Shown piece by piece: positions 32,601 to 39,579 of a stretch of DNA of 64,000 nt. Source of the DNA: a virus (Duplodnaviria; Caudoviricetes); IMG/VR virus record IMGVR_UViG_3300028393_004061, positions 1 to 64,000 of that record; one strand, given 5' to 3'. The position numbers were made by a program, and so were the translations under genes. The notes beneath the pieces are model-generated. The model was not told the origin of the DNA, did not search any database, and was given only the letters and a program-made list of their open reading frames with translations. How positions within the stretch are numbered: position 1 is the first letter of the stretch; each line of letters begins with the position of its first letter.

Positions 32601-34223
32601 ATTTGTTTTTTTCTTTGAGTTTAAATCTCTAAGCCTATCTGAAAGAGTTTTACTTGATGCATCTATTGCTTCGAATTGACTAATCAATTGGCCAGACTCA
32701 ATTCCCATTGATGATTCCAAAGCAAGATTTATTTGCATTTTTCTTTCATCACTCAATCCTTCTAAGCTTGCTCGCATTTCTTCTGCACTATCACCAGCAA
32801 TTCCAAATTGATTTGCAATACTCTTAATACCATCCGACATTCCTTTTATACTTTTCTTATTTTTTAAAATACTTCCTCTCAACAATTCAGATTGCAGACC
32901 TGCTCTTCCAGCAGCAATTGCAAGTAAGCTGAACATTTTGCTATCTGCTGCAAGAAGTTTATTTGTGCTTGAAAGAGCTTCAATTATGCCATCGCCTTCA
33001 ACCCCTACCTTTTTGAAGTTGGCTTGTAATTCTATGATATTTTTATAAGCACCTGTTGTAAGAGTTCCAGCATTACGCATGATATTTGCAAATTTTGCAC
33101 TTGATTTTACAACATCGGTTAATGATGATCCAGTTAATCCTGTATATCTGGCTACATCTCGCATTCCTCTTCCCATATCACTAATTTGATTGTTATTCAT
33201 TTTCATATGCATAAACATATTTTGAAAATCATCACTTAATGCTCCAGCTTCCATGCCTAATTGTTTTTCTGTGTTTAATTGACTTACAGTTAATTTGTTC
33301 GCAGCTTTAGCATCTTTTATTCCAATTTTAAGAGTTTTTAAATATTCTTTAGAAAACTCATCTCGATCAGCACCTGTTAATTGAACTGTTTTTCCCAAAT
33401 TTTCAAAAGATCGATTTAATCCATAGCTATTTTTAGTCGCACCTTCAATTTCATAAGATATGGCTCTTGTGTCTTGAATTACTTGTCTTTCTTTTTTTAT
33501 AACTCCGTCAAACATTACCTTCAAAGGTTCTTCTATTCCTATAAGACTACTGCTAAACTCTTGCATAGAATCACTTACTAGCTTTGCCCTCAGTACTAAA
33601 AATTTTCTATTTGCTTTTCGAAGTTCTTCATCAGCCTTTTCTTTTCTAGCTTGAACTTGTGCTTCTATTTTTCCAGCTTCAAAGGCATCTTTAGCTTTTG
33701 TTGGGCAATCACCTCCTGTGTCTGCTGGTGCTGCTGGCGGTGCTGGCGGTGTGATAGTTTCGTGTTTTACAACTACACTAAAATGTTTTGCGATAGCATC
33801 TAAAGTATTTGCTATAGCGGCTAACAGAATTCCCGCTTTCGTATCATGAGTGTAAATCGAACCTTTTTTCAAACCAGCTTGCGTAAACTTTTCCATCAAA
33901 GATGTAACTTTTTCTTCTTTAGGAGATTTCTTTTCTTCTTTATCTGATTTTTTTTCTTTTTTATCATTTAGAACCTTAATCATTTCATTAAGGTATTTTT
34001 TTTGTTCATCAACATCTTTTCCAAAACTGTTTGAAAACTTTTGGAATAATTCAGTTATTTTATTTATTGCTGGGTCTTGTGAAGCAGACTTTCCAACTGG
34101 TTTTGCTGCTCCGACAGGTTTATTTAAGCCTTCTGACAATAGGCCTTTGATTTCGCTTAATGTTAAATTAGCAATGTTTTGCCCTTGTATAAACCGACCT
34201 AAACTATCAGATACATCAGCCAT
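23610..34223 (-). CDS. Tape measure protein, about 3,537 aa
   Basis: Helical Ala/Lys-rich giant ORF immediately upstream of the tube initiator; multi-TM central region; 80-85-aa repeats. ATG at 34223 preferred over the TTG at 34226. Confidence 0.8.
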   Translation of the reverse strand: MADVSDSLGRFIQGQNIANLTLSEIKGLLSEGLNKPVGAAKPVGKSASQDPAINKITELFQKFSNSFGKDVDEQKKYLNEMIKVLNDKKEKKSDKEEKKSPKEEKVTSLMEKFTQAGLKKGSIYTHDTKAGILLAAIANTLDAIAKHFSVVVKHETITPPAPPAAPADTGGDCPTKAKDAFEAGKIEAQVQARKEKADEELRKANRKFLVLRAKLVSDSMQEFSSSLIGIEEPLKVMFDGVIKKERQVIQDTRAISYEIEGATKNSYGLNRSFENLGKTVQLTGADRDEFSKEYLKTLKIGIKDAKAANKLTVSQLNTEKQLGMEAGALSDDFQNMFMHMKMNNNQISDMGRGMRDVARYTGLTGSSLTDVVKSSAKFANIMRNAGTLTTGAYKNIIELQANFKKVGVEGDGIIEALSSTNKLLAADSKMFSLLAIAAGRAGLQSELLRGSILKNKKSIKGMSDGIKSIANQFGIAGDSAEEMRASLEGLSDERKMQINLALESSMGIESGQLISQFEAIDASSKTLSDRLRDLNSKKKTNITLEEKAGIAEEERKLKLSKSMEVLTSIDKAASSAKNMGEALGKFSKKRGEFEEDLNALGIAWTNETDVARGAITNALSSVNKQLKDTGKKELKIDASSIEKALKDPVAFRELTAQINKAEQEASTAAKSQLDPATAAAQSLKEINDTLRNLSNSGLSSIFNSALGSILVPLIVLGTMFSSAYQTWKYWSIKWEDWNTGINEDRKEALKWKNQYTAYMDEVEKGNVGRDAMMRSQVKANEATQMGVELVGKSSGKLTDEATEPGSIYTHDIHMEKIANEMLKHFAAKPTVDPMMAKLSQSSSNTEKVIAKTSEIQTSQANEMLKKLGAKPEAVKTDATAALKQVKPVESSAMDMKALSASSIVPPPKTSAMDMKALSASSIVPPKASAMDTTKLSASNIAPPAEPIADNSNMISDMINSFLDKFAGGFAAPIKAFLATIGASSTNIIGSFMSKVTGASSKAFDVMEDKFEKTASSTEAIIGKSSEIQTSKTDAMLKQIGAKSTVDPMNLKPVIATEKPDAMASLTQAKPAVDPMNLKPVMATEKPDAMASLTQAKPTVDPIIAKLSQTASSTEALLAKTSEVQTSQADQMLKQFATKPAVDPTNLKPVISGSTSEATTDKADQMLKNQALKEKLLAKRAEREGAVVKAPTEALRGGMTEDQMKAIKSGIQPSSDGDKLKEAMIEARKMSDDRVAKGGKAIPENKMEEVGKGLMVKKQTMDLGIDPKLKKGYDKKIKSEIKHEKWLQKQEKQIVKEEKKTIKVETPETEDNIIQKLLKQVEGINPKELAKLGGIIAALAGGLLILGFGIMFIGSKLVSKLNLDLGKVTETAAIIAAVGAAAAAISIGAMELAEQLQSDDTQKFVDEFSWKKLFKAAKVIALLGPAMVLFGAVIIALAQLITSKLNLNLATITETAAIVAALGAAATAITIAGMEFVKQIQGPEVKDFIENFNYQDIITPIAVLMVVGPAMVLLGATIIKLSQLILSAFNLDPSTIGETAATIAAIAAAVTAIAFGIYGAMKGLKVLGDFVKESAKFIPNMLLGAAALLFVTPVILLLGSVVLQMSQAILGAFNLDSKTAMEVGLTVTAILLSAAMIAVACIGAMAGLWGLGLLAYGAFADGGLTMLVGAAALAFLTPIILLLGATILEMSQMILGSFDLDAKKAMDVGLTVAAVLISAAFIAGAIIGAMYGLAGLGLMAPMIWANLWLILGGAAALIGLTPAVLLLASAILFVSDGIIGGFGLSYDKAIEIGETVGAVLLSAAAISAGVLAAAWGLTSLGTLIAGFGWGLPVLIGLMILGGVALLALTPAILTLGNAILAMSAELTDGFDKSEADKIVEAVDGILFATARISLSIISAAAALSVLGFMAIAAVLLSPLLLLGYWALKFLMTPIYLYAEAIATFHKVLSSVIDPSSAKEMGQGIADILGACGIVTDEIMKAKDKLLNIPLYGGFWGWSYNIPKAMWAGIFALEDMMSPVIYFIYTVVDFAKRIGSLIDPKKAAEMGRDVGEVLASCGIVTDEIMKAKDRLVNIPLYGGFWVWSYNIPEAMWDGVFALKKMMEPVIYFIYTVVDFAKRIGRTVDPKKAVQMGRDVAEILSACGSVSDEIMKIKDKLIKIEDSKKYWFLGSRVSKRMEEGNRALRKMMEPTVEYVGLIVEFSKQIGTIVEPKKAAEMGKGVAAVLGASGSVTEEIMKTRDKLKNIDNSKSYWGLGKSVSEQMINGTKALSQLMGPVYGFIKIVVEFSKKIGTMVEPSKAIQMGKGAAEILGACGSVTDEILKSRDRLTGVTNKTWGGWGKNVSDNMTSGAEALKKLIEPIKTFVSVIVEFSKAIGTIINPSQAVSMGKGIASIFTATGQVADDIKKTKDKLISFGDIKSSEKEVKSISQATTSFSKLKPPLIGFMNELVTIAKDLEGKTSVKQSAKLVTVMTNIGKLVQEVVKVVDVMIKQIMPLTDVKIVGGASMISRLEESQNSFKGFFGKLADFIKTGIVDEVREKFKKGSELRDASNKLKNMASIIQYVGPVLTQMKTVILPLTSADVVGNQKTMAQNIEASMKTLKDFFGSIAMFIMEGIVNPVSKQIADPKSLSDAARKLAAMAVIITQTGTVLKSLGVVMQTMDPGFFKEGMDLGKIVKYKDQFAEWFGSIAEFINVGIVGGAKKAGNPEELKQAAQQACLISGALRGTAGVLTSLGTVMQFLETKAPWEISPMKKIYQNKELFATYFAAIAAFVRSGIVEPINNVFGNEKDIVKASTIMIALAKTISSVPPVLTNLGTAINMLFAGSDFFGEAPIPKIDKNKEVFGSYFKSISEFIRDGIVNKIREVFADTPPKKITEAATIMRSLEIILTSIPKVIKGMVTSIDLLGEEGDFDDSSIGIIMKNKERFGSYFRQVAAFLRDGVVNPIVTELQDIKAIRNASTILSAMNNIIRTLPQVINGTATGLIPLVESQDLAPLPKIMAAKDEFTKYLTQVAIFMRDGIVKPIITELPDVKTIRQAATTLSAMNTIINLIPTIINNLSKSFGLMTPDKCFKDSPIAVLASNVELFSSWFYTVATFMRNGIINPIFEGMITKEEIEMAYLAIDQIAIAMKEVPKFIAKFSVAIYELISSPSFDPSLLSAAVTVGSWFYGIAHAIIDGIINPIKEMPDSVMLEEVNKRLGLVADSIVGVKNVCDKFSQNLTPLLSRGWVSESPIEKIDRQAELFKGWWNSITGLLTEGIINPIINNLPSTSVLEDTNKKIIFTSSIISEVGNTLTAFSEKISPLLSKMPFGKAPVQTIDSQAELFKGWWNSITVFLKDGIINPIMNNLPNTTELTEALLRIQLITQVMESIQKAMSGLSGTMDFKSVDFGKMSELIKNVNSVGAKDTTYSGSGGSFATSEAKPAASVSVVPPMAGSTEDKVKKDKTTSEPSSSVVSSPELANIAKESHEQTVLNQQMVELLTKLVAAMGKSSNVTQTGTGPQPDTSNKKVGNKPLMNPKWPYGGFFQGANKQVGNIGSGTI
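24180..26700 (-). repeat. About 11 diverged ~81-aa modules (G-I/V-V/I-x-P-I) in the TMP C-terminal third
   Basis: GIVDEV, GIVNPV...GIINPI spaced ~243 nt; last two copies share AELFKGWWNSIT (24243 vs 24486). Confidence 0.8.
27000..28360 (-). repeat. Five to six ~85-aa tandem modules in the TMP
   Basis: MGx(G/D)...CG.V.DEI.K.KD.L every 255 nt; near-identical DNA at 27881 and 28136. Confidence 0.9.
30780..31760 (-). repeat. Nested short tandem duplications (81-bp and 54/57-bp) in a low-complexity TMP insert
   Basis: ATTGGATCAACTG at 30919/31000/31081; TAGATGCACTTAAT at 31409/31463/31520. Confidence 0.9.
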
Positions 34224-34292
34224 CAATTACCTTATTTTAAAAATATATTTTAATAGACTGTTATTTACTTTATTTATGTCAGTATCTACAAA

Positions 34293-34829
34293 TTATGTTG
34301 CAGATGCAGCAGGATTTGTCATCCTTGATATTTGCTCTCGCACAGATTGTCTTATAGCTTCAACTTCTGATGGGCTAATCGCCCTTACTGATGCAAGAAC
34401 ATTTAAAAGAAATGCACAATCTAAAACTTTTATTTGTCTTATACCATTACGCTTATATTGCCTAAAAGCCTTAATCAATCCTATATATTCTCCCTGCTTT
34501 AAAGTATTGTAAGAAAAACCAGTATTATTACAGTTTGGTTGTAAAAGCTTTTTAATGTCATTGAAAGTAAGATAGTGTAGATTTACTCCACGAATATCCA
34601 TTCTTCCTTTTGTTGGAAAACCAATATCTGTAATTAAAACTAATGGGTAAGGATCATGATTTGGCTTGTGAAATGTATAATTAAATGTAACAAGACTGCC
34701 TTTTTGGACAATCTGATTCATTTTAACTACGGATGGGCCATACTGATTTGCAGTTATAGCTTTTCCATAAATACCTTTTCCATAAGCACTTGCGTCTAAT
34801 TGTGCTGGTTTAAATAAATTTGCAACCAT
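34293..34829 (-). CDS. T4 gp2-like DNA end protector protein
   Basis: G.LVTFNY...HDPYPLVL...RGVNLHYL...FRQY matches the gp2 G.NLHYL signature. Confidence 0.6.
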   Translation of the reverse strand: MVANLFKPAQLDASAYGKGIYGKAITANQYGPSVVKMNQIVQKGSLVTFNYTFHKPNHDPYPLVLITDIGFPTKGRMDIRGVNLHYLTFNDIKKLLQPNCNNTGFSYNTLKQGEYIGLIKAFRQYKRNGIRQIKVLDCAFLLNVLASVRAISPSEVEAIRQSVREQISRMTNPAASAT

Positions 34830-34834
34830 TTTAT

Positions 34835-34840
34835 TATTTA
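34835..34840 (-). promoter_or_regulatory. Putative late promoter (CA)TAAATA, 5 nt before ATG 34829
   Basis: ACATAAATA-ATAAA-ATG, first gene of the tail operon, no SD. Confidence 0.5.
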
Positions 34841-34911
34841 TGTCTTACTTACGCAAAAATTGTAATATAGTTAAATAGAAGTTTTGATATTCATAAACAA
34901 AGGAGAATAAC

Positions 34912-35172
34912 ATGGGTGGTTTATTAGGAGTTTGGAATTGGGTTACTGGAAAAAAGAAGTGTGACAAATGCGGATCGTATGACACTCAACAAGTTGAGAA
35001 GAAATTACTTGAATCGGAACAGAGATGGGAAACTGATTTTGCTTATATAGATTTTAAAAATAATACAAGACCTCAAGCTGTATTTACTCGTTCCTATTAT
35101 GGCATAGTTAGCAAATGTAATGATTGTGAAGATTTATTTTACGATGTTGATTTTGTAAAAAGAAGAGCATAA
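34912..35172 (+). CDS. Small zinc-ribbon protein
   Basis: CDKC ... CNDC pairs; AAGGAG RBS. Confidence 0.7.
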   Translation: MGGLLGVWNWVTGKKKCDKCGSYDTQQVEKKLLESEQRWETDFAYIDFKNNTRPQAVFTRSYYGIVSKCNDCEDLFYDVDFVKRRA

Positions 35173-35200
35173 TTTTATACATATGATCAAAGGAGAATTC

Positions 35201-36019
35201 ATGGCAAAGAAAATACCAAGCATAGCATTACAAAAAGGGCCAGATTTATTTTACCCTGGCTCAAGAACTCAAATGACTCATCGTGGAGTTGGTTCTCAAA
35301 CATTTATTTATACCAAGTATGCCGACCCCAAAGGCAAAAGAATATTTGTAGCACCAGCTAGTGTTTCGCATGTGAGTTTGATTGAAAAAAATCCTGATAT
35401 ATTAAAGGCTTTATTTGGCCCTAAACTTGATACTGTGATGCCAGAAATTACAGAAAAAATTAATGGCAAAGTCACACTTGATGGTTATGCGATCAGATCA
35501 AAAACCATAGATGATAATGTTTATGGAAGAACTGGATACTATCAAGGTCATAAAGTTATTATGTTCTGGTATGTTAAAAACTGGGCCATGGCTTTAGAGG
35601 CATTAGATCAACTTGATGTTTCTGATGACGATATTATCACTGTTGGAACTAGCGAAGTTGGTTCGGTTGCAAGTGTTAAAAAAAAGCACTTTAAAAAACA
35701 ATCAAAGGTGATAGTAGATAAAAAGGCTGATGATAAACAAAAGGCTTTGGATCTTATAAAATATCATACTGCCACTGGAATTGAAAAAGAAGCTTTAAGA
35801 AAAAAGTTATTTTCTAATGATAGTGGAGTACAGTATCCAGATGTGAGTAAAATGTCGCCAGAGGAAATACAAGAATATCCATGGAAAAGACAACATTGGA
35901 GACAAAAGGCGAAAGAAGAAGGATTACCAGATCCTTTTGATTATGGGGAATCTACTGATCATGACAAAAAGAAAGGTTTTTCACAATGGATGAAGAAACG
36001 ATTGAAAAAAGACTCTTAG
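35201..36019 (+). CDS. Hypothetical protein
   Basis: Start moved to 35201 (AGGAG RBS); basic, no family recognised. Confidence 0.7.
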   Translation: MAKKIPSIALQKGPDLFYPGSRTQMTHRGVGSQTFIYTKYADPKGKRIFVAPASVSHVSLIEKNPDILKALFGPKLDTVMPEITEKINGKVTLDGYAIRSKTIDDNVYGRTGYYQGHKVIMFWYVKNWAMALEALDQLDVSDDDIITVGTSEVGSVASVKKKHFKKQSKVIVDKKADDKQKALDLIKYHTATGIEKEALRKKLFSNDSGVQYPDVSKMSPEEIQEYPWKRQHWRQKAKEEGLPDPFDYGESTDHDKKKGFSQWMKKRLKKDS

Positions 36020-36258
36020 AAAATGAATTCCTTGCTTTAAAACTTGGGATTAAAGTCGAAAAAGATATATCGACTGAATCTAAGAACTTTAAATTTAGTG
36101 TTAAAGATAAAATTTACAAGATTCGTGGTCGAAAATGTAATATTTTAGAAACAATTTTATTTGATGTGCAAAACGGCACTGGAAATTGGGTCAAAGATGT
36201 TGCTAATGAACTAGGAATTGAAGAATGTCTACTTGGAAAAATAAAGGTAAAGTCATGA
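35986..36258 (+). CDS. Hypothetical protein
   Basis: 90-aa ORF. Confidence 0.6.
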   Translation: MDEETIEKRLLENEFLALKLGIKVEKDISTESKNFKFSVKDKIYKIRGRKCNILETILFDVQNGTGNWVKDVANELGIEECLLGKIKVKS

Positions 36259-36419
36259 AATATTTAATATTTGTTCTTACTTTGTGTGTTTTTGGTTGTA
36301 GAGTAACAGAAGAGTCGAAGTGGGAAAGTTCTGTTCAATCTAATACAAGAATTTGGACAGATAGACCTCAAGCTGTTGAATACATTGATTTGACAGCAAC
36401 ATTAAAAAGAAACTGGTAA
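36255..36419 (+). CDS. Small putative lipoprotein
   Basis: ATGA overlap at 36255; MKYLIFVLTLCVFG-C lipobox-like signal. Confidence 0.6.
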   Translation: MKYLIFVLTLCVFGCRVTEESKWESSVQSNTRIWTDRPQAVEYIDLTATLKRNW

Positions 36420-36434
36420 CATAAGGAGAATGTC

Positions 36435-36833
36435 TTGTCTTTTTTAAAAATTTATAATGGCGAAGAAGAAACTAATGTTTCAACTGAAGTGTTTAATGTT
36501 CCAAACAACAATTCAAACAAAATGGTTGGAACTTCTAAAAGTGTAATCGATACTTCGAAAGAAATTGATCGTACTCAAAGCAAGGTAAATAATGCTCGTG
36601 TCGATTTTGTTGGAGAGCATGTGATTTTAGAGCCATTCGTAAAAAATGAATGTGAATATGAGACACAACAAGTTGCAGAAAATAAATGTGAGATGCAACA
36701 AGTTGTAGAAAATGAATCATGCCTTAAAAAAGACATTGAAGAATTCTTTGAGTGGAGTCTTAAAATTCAACAAGAAAAAAAAGATAATGGTTTAATGAAA
36801 AAAATCACATCTTTTTTTTCTTGTGTAGTTTAA
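36435..36833 (+). CDS. Hypothetical acidic protein with a short internal duplication
   Basis: AAGGAG RBS, TTG start; CEYETQQVAENK / CEMQQVVENE. Confidence 0.65.
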   Translation: MSFLKIYNGEEETNVSTEVFNVPNNNSNKMVGTSKSVIDTSKEIDRTQSKVNNARVDFVGEHVILEPFVKNECEYETQQVAENKCEMQQVVENESCLKKDIEEFFEWSLKIQQEKKDNGLMKKITSFFSCVV

Positions 36834-37309
36834 AGCTTGTTGAATACTAGGCTGCTGTAATCGCTTCCACCAGTTTTAAGAATGTATCCTTTATCTGGTA
36901 AGGTTCCAGCCATATCTTCTTCTGCTTTTCCTGTCAGTTCAAAAAAGCGATTTATTTCTCTTCTGACACTTTCAGAAACTTTTTTAGCTGCTTCATCTGC
37001 ATCCATGGTTTCGCCCATGAAATCGGCAAACATTTTGTCTATATTGAGTCCATAAGCTTTTCCAAAAGGCTGTGTCTCTTCTGCATTTTGAATTCGGAAT
37101 GCCATAATCTTTCCTCTTGGATATATTCTTATGCCTTCAAATGAAAAGTTCTCATTTGGTGCTTTGACAAACAAATAAGGATCTCCATCATTAAACAATT
37201 CTTTAACTTCTAACTTTTGACTGCCAGATGTTAAAATTTTAGATATCAAGCTTAGATGTTCTCTATCTTCTCTCTCTTTGTGATTTATAAATTCATTGAA
37301 TAACAACAT
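36830..37309 (-). CDS. Hypothetical protein, putative internal head protein
   Basis: GGAG 6 nt upstream of ATG 37309 gives the start MLLFNEFINHKE. Confidence 0.65.
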   Translation of the reverse strand: MLLFNEFINHKEREDREHLSLISKILTSGSQKLEVKELFNDGDPYLFVKAPNENFSFEGIRIYPRGKIMAFRIQNAEETQPFGKAYGLNIDKMFADFMGETMDADEAAKKVSESVRREINRFFELTGKAEEDMAGTLPDKGYILKTGGSDYSSLVFNKL

Positions 37310-37328
37310 ATCATTCTCCATAATTTGG

Positions 37329-38654
37329 TTAGCAAACACGCAAGAGACATTCGCTTGCACTAGGAACACATCTCATTAAGACTCTTAGGTCGCTTGGATT
37401 TCCGTTATATGGAATTTCTTGCCACAACAACCCAGTAAATGAAGATGATGCTTCTTTTAGTATTTGTTGCGATGCTGTCAGGTACAAAATACCATCAATT
37501 CTTTCCATGAAATCATTTTCTTCTATGACAGGCTTTCCATCTTTGTCTAATGATCCTGTATTCTTCAAATAGACAACTTTCATATCAACTGCTGGAAGAA
37601 TCTTACCATCATCATCAATCATGGCTTCTGAATTTTGAGAAAGTATGGTTTTTACCAATAGCTTTCCTTCGGTATAAGCATTTCGAAGTGATGTGCCTAA
37701 ATCCCAGCCAATAGAATTTATAGTTCCATCTTTAGAAACAACATGAATTATAAATGCTCTTTTCTTAAATGTATTGCTAATACTTTCCATAACAATTCTT
37801 CTTCTTAGAACATCTCTTTCTTCTGGACTACCTTCTTCTAGTCTCTTAATTTCTGGTTCGGATAAGTACTTTTCTGGATCTTCTTCTTTTAAGCACCATT
37901 TTCCAATTTCAACTCTTCCCCATTTGTCATTAAATCTTGTTGAAATTCTAATGGAATAATCTTTTTCGTTGTAGATAAGATCTTCTGTATTTGCTCCACT
38001 TCCAACTTGAACCGCACCAATGAGTGATGATATAAATTTTCTATGCATATCACCTTTAGCACCAAGCAAACCTTTTATTTTTATAAATACATTGTTTAAT
38101 TCTGGCATTGTTTGCAATGTAGAATTAATGTGAGCAGCCAAAGAACTTGCTGGACTATTTTGATCTAATTCGCCCTTGGTTAATTTTCTTATTTCTTTAG
38201 CAGCCTTATCAATGTTTGCATTTTGTCTTAAAAACAAAATTTGAAGATTGTCTTCAACAAATTTACGAGGATATGATTCAAGATCACGATCACGAATTTG
38301 ATGAATCAGATCAATTAGCTTGTTTACATCATTCTTGGTTGATTCTCTGAAGAATGTATCTTGCCATTCTTCAAATGCCATATCTTTTTCTTCTTTTGGC
38401 ATATCGGGAGATTGGGGATCTTGCGATACATCTGGGATTTCCGTATCTTTTTCAATTCCTTTTCCCTGAGTTGGGGAATCTTTAGCCATACTAACATTAT
38501 CTGCTGGAGGATTATTAGGATCTGTGGCATTATTTGTAGTTGGTTGCTCTTGGGCAGGTGGAACTCCTAATCCTACTTGTGGAGGGCCACCTGATGGATT
38601 AACATTTGGATCACCAACTTCATTCAACCATTCTTCGATTGCGATATTATACAT
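37329..38654 (-). CDS. Hypothetical protein, putative virion protein with a disordered Pro/Gln/Asp N-terminus
   Basis: 441 aa; starts MYNIAIEEWLNE; AAGGA RBS. Confidence 0.7.
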   Translation of the reverse strand: MYNIAIEEWLNEVGDPNVNPSGGPPQVGLGVPPAQEQPTTNNATDPNNPPADNVSMAKDSPTQGKGIEKDTEIPDVSQDPQSPDMPKEEKDMAFEEWQDTFFRESTKNDVNKLIDLIHQIRDRDLESYPRKFVEDNLQILFLRQNANIDKAAKEIRKLTKGELDQNSPASSLAAHINSTLQTMPELNNVFIKIKGLLGAKGDMHRKFISSLIGAVQVGSGANTEDLIYNEKDYSIRISTRFNDKWGRVEIGKWCLKEEDPEKYLSEPEIKRLEEGSPEERDVLRRRIVMESISNTFKKRAFIIHVVSKDGTINSIGWDLGTSLRNAYTEGKLLVKTILSQNSEAMIDDDGKILPAVDMKVVYLKNTGSLDKDGKPVIEENDFMERIDGILYLTASQQILKEASSSFTGLLWQEIPYNGNPSDLRVLMRCVPSASECLLRVC

Positions 38655-39156
38655 TTTGTTCCTTTTTATTCTTCGCCTTATTCACAGCCTCAATCAATGC
38701 TCTACGGGAACCAGTTTCACTAATGTTAATTGTGTTATTTTGATTAGCTGCTAAGTATTTAGGGAATGTGTCTTTATCTTTTAACTTTACTCTTGTCATT
38801 AAATCCGCAACTTTTGACATTTTGTCTGTCATATCTGATTTTATTTTAACAAGATTTACAAGTGCCTCTTTGCTTGAGCTTGTTGCGTCTCCCTCATTGA
38901 TAACCATTTCTGCCATAGTATCTATAAATCCAGCAACCTGTTGTCTATCTTCTCTGATACATCCTAAAATTTCAGAGTATATATCAACAAGCTGATCATC
39001 GGAAACAATATTACTTGGTTCCATTTCAGGAAGTTGATTGCCGACACTTACATTCATTTTTGGCATAAGGTGTTGAAGATTTTGTTCTTCAATAATGTCA
39101 ATTGTCGATAATTCTTCCAAATTTTCAATTTCTTCAGTAATGTCTTTGGTCATCAT
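38647..39156 (-). CDS. Coiled-coil protein, candidate terminase small subunit-like
   Basis: Helical hairpin followed by an NQNNTINI tail, loosely like T4-type gp16; weak. Confidence 0.3.
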   Translation of the reverse strand: MMTKDITEEIENLEELSTIDIIEEQNLQHLMPKMNVSVGNQLPEMEPSNIVSDDQLVDIYSEILGCIREDRQQVAGFIDTMAEMVINEGDATSSSKEALVNLVKIKSDMTDKMSKVADLMTRVKLKDKDTFPKYLAANQNNTINISETGSRRALIEAVNKAKNKKEQNV

Positions 39157-39193
39157 ATAATATATAGTTTATCCATGGAAGAAATGAACTAAT

Positions 39194-39529
39194 ATGACAC
39201 AACAAAAACAAAATTCGAGAGAGATTGAATATTTTCAAATCCAAATAACTGATTCATTACAGAAGTGTATTGAAATAACAACAAGACTTGATGAAAGAAT
39301 ACAAGTTTTATTTGATGATAGCAGCGAATTTGCTTCGGATATTAAGGAAATGAAAAACAAATTACATGAACTTGATATAAAAACTTCTAATTTGGCACTT
39401 AAAATGGAAAGCCATTCTTCTAAAATAGAAAGCCATTCTGACAAGTGGTCAAAGCTATTAGACTGGACTTTTAAAATAGCATTGACAGCAATTTCGACAT
39501 TTGCAGCATATAAACTTGGACTAAATTAA
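39194..39529 (+). CDS. Coiled-coil protein with a C-terminal TM helix (XhlA/holin-like)
   Basis: Heptads followed by WTFKIALTAISTFAAYKLG. Confidence 0.45.
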   Translation: MTQQKQNSREIEYFQIQITDSLQKCIEITTRLDERIQVLFDDSSEFASDIKEMKNKLHELDIKTSNLALKMESHSSKIESHSDKWSKLLDWTFKIALTAISTFAAYKLGLN

Positions 39530-39579
39530 AAAAAATAGAGATAGAACAGTAAATATTATGATAAACTTTTTTGGGGTAA

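Noticed and set aside
24184-32679. Many plus-strand ORFs (up to 244 aa) opposite the tape measure, and similar short antisense ORFs elsewhere
   Set aside because: Fully nested opposite a well-supported gene; explained by codon bias and repeats.
34226-34300. Tail-assembly-chaperone frameshift upstream of the tape measure
   Set aside because: The upstream gene is gp2-like, and no overlapping G/GT-type ORF pair or slippery site leading into a second frame was found.
13394-34829. Bacterial extracellular contractile injection system (eCIS/tailocin) rather than phage
   Set aside because: The gp2-like end protector, pyrimidine-dimer glycosylase, absence of housekeeping genes and overall phage-like organisation favour a virus; capsid and terminase genes are simply not proven in this window.
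39194-39529. Lysis cassette
   Set aside because: Only a weak holin-like topology; no endolysin or spanin is recognisable nearby.
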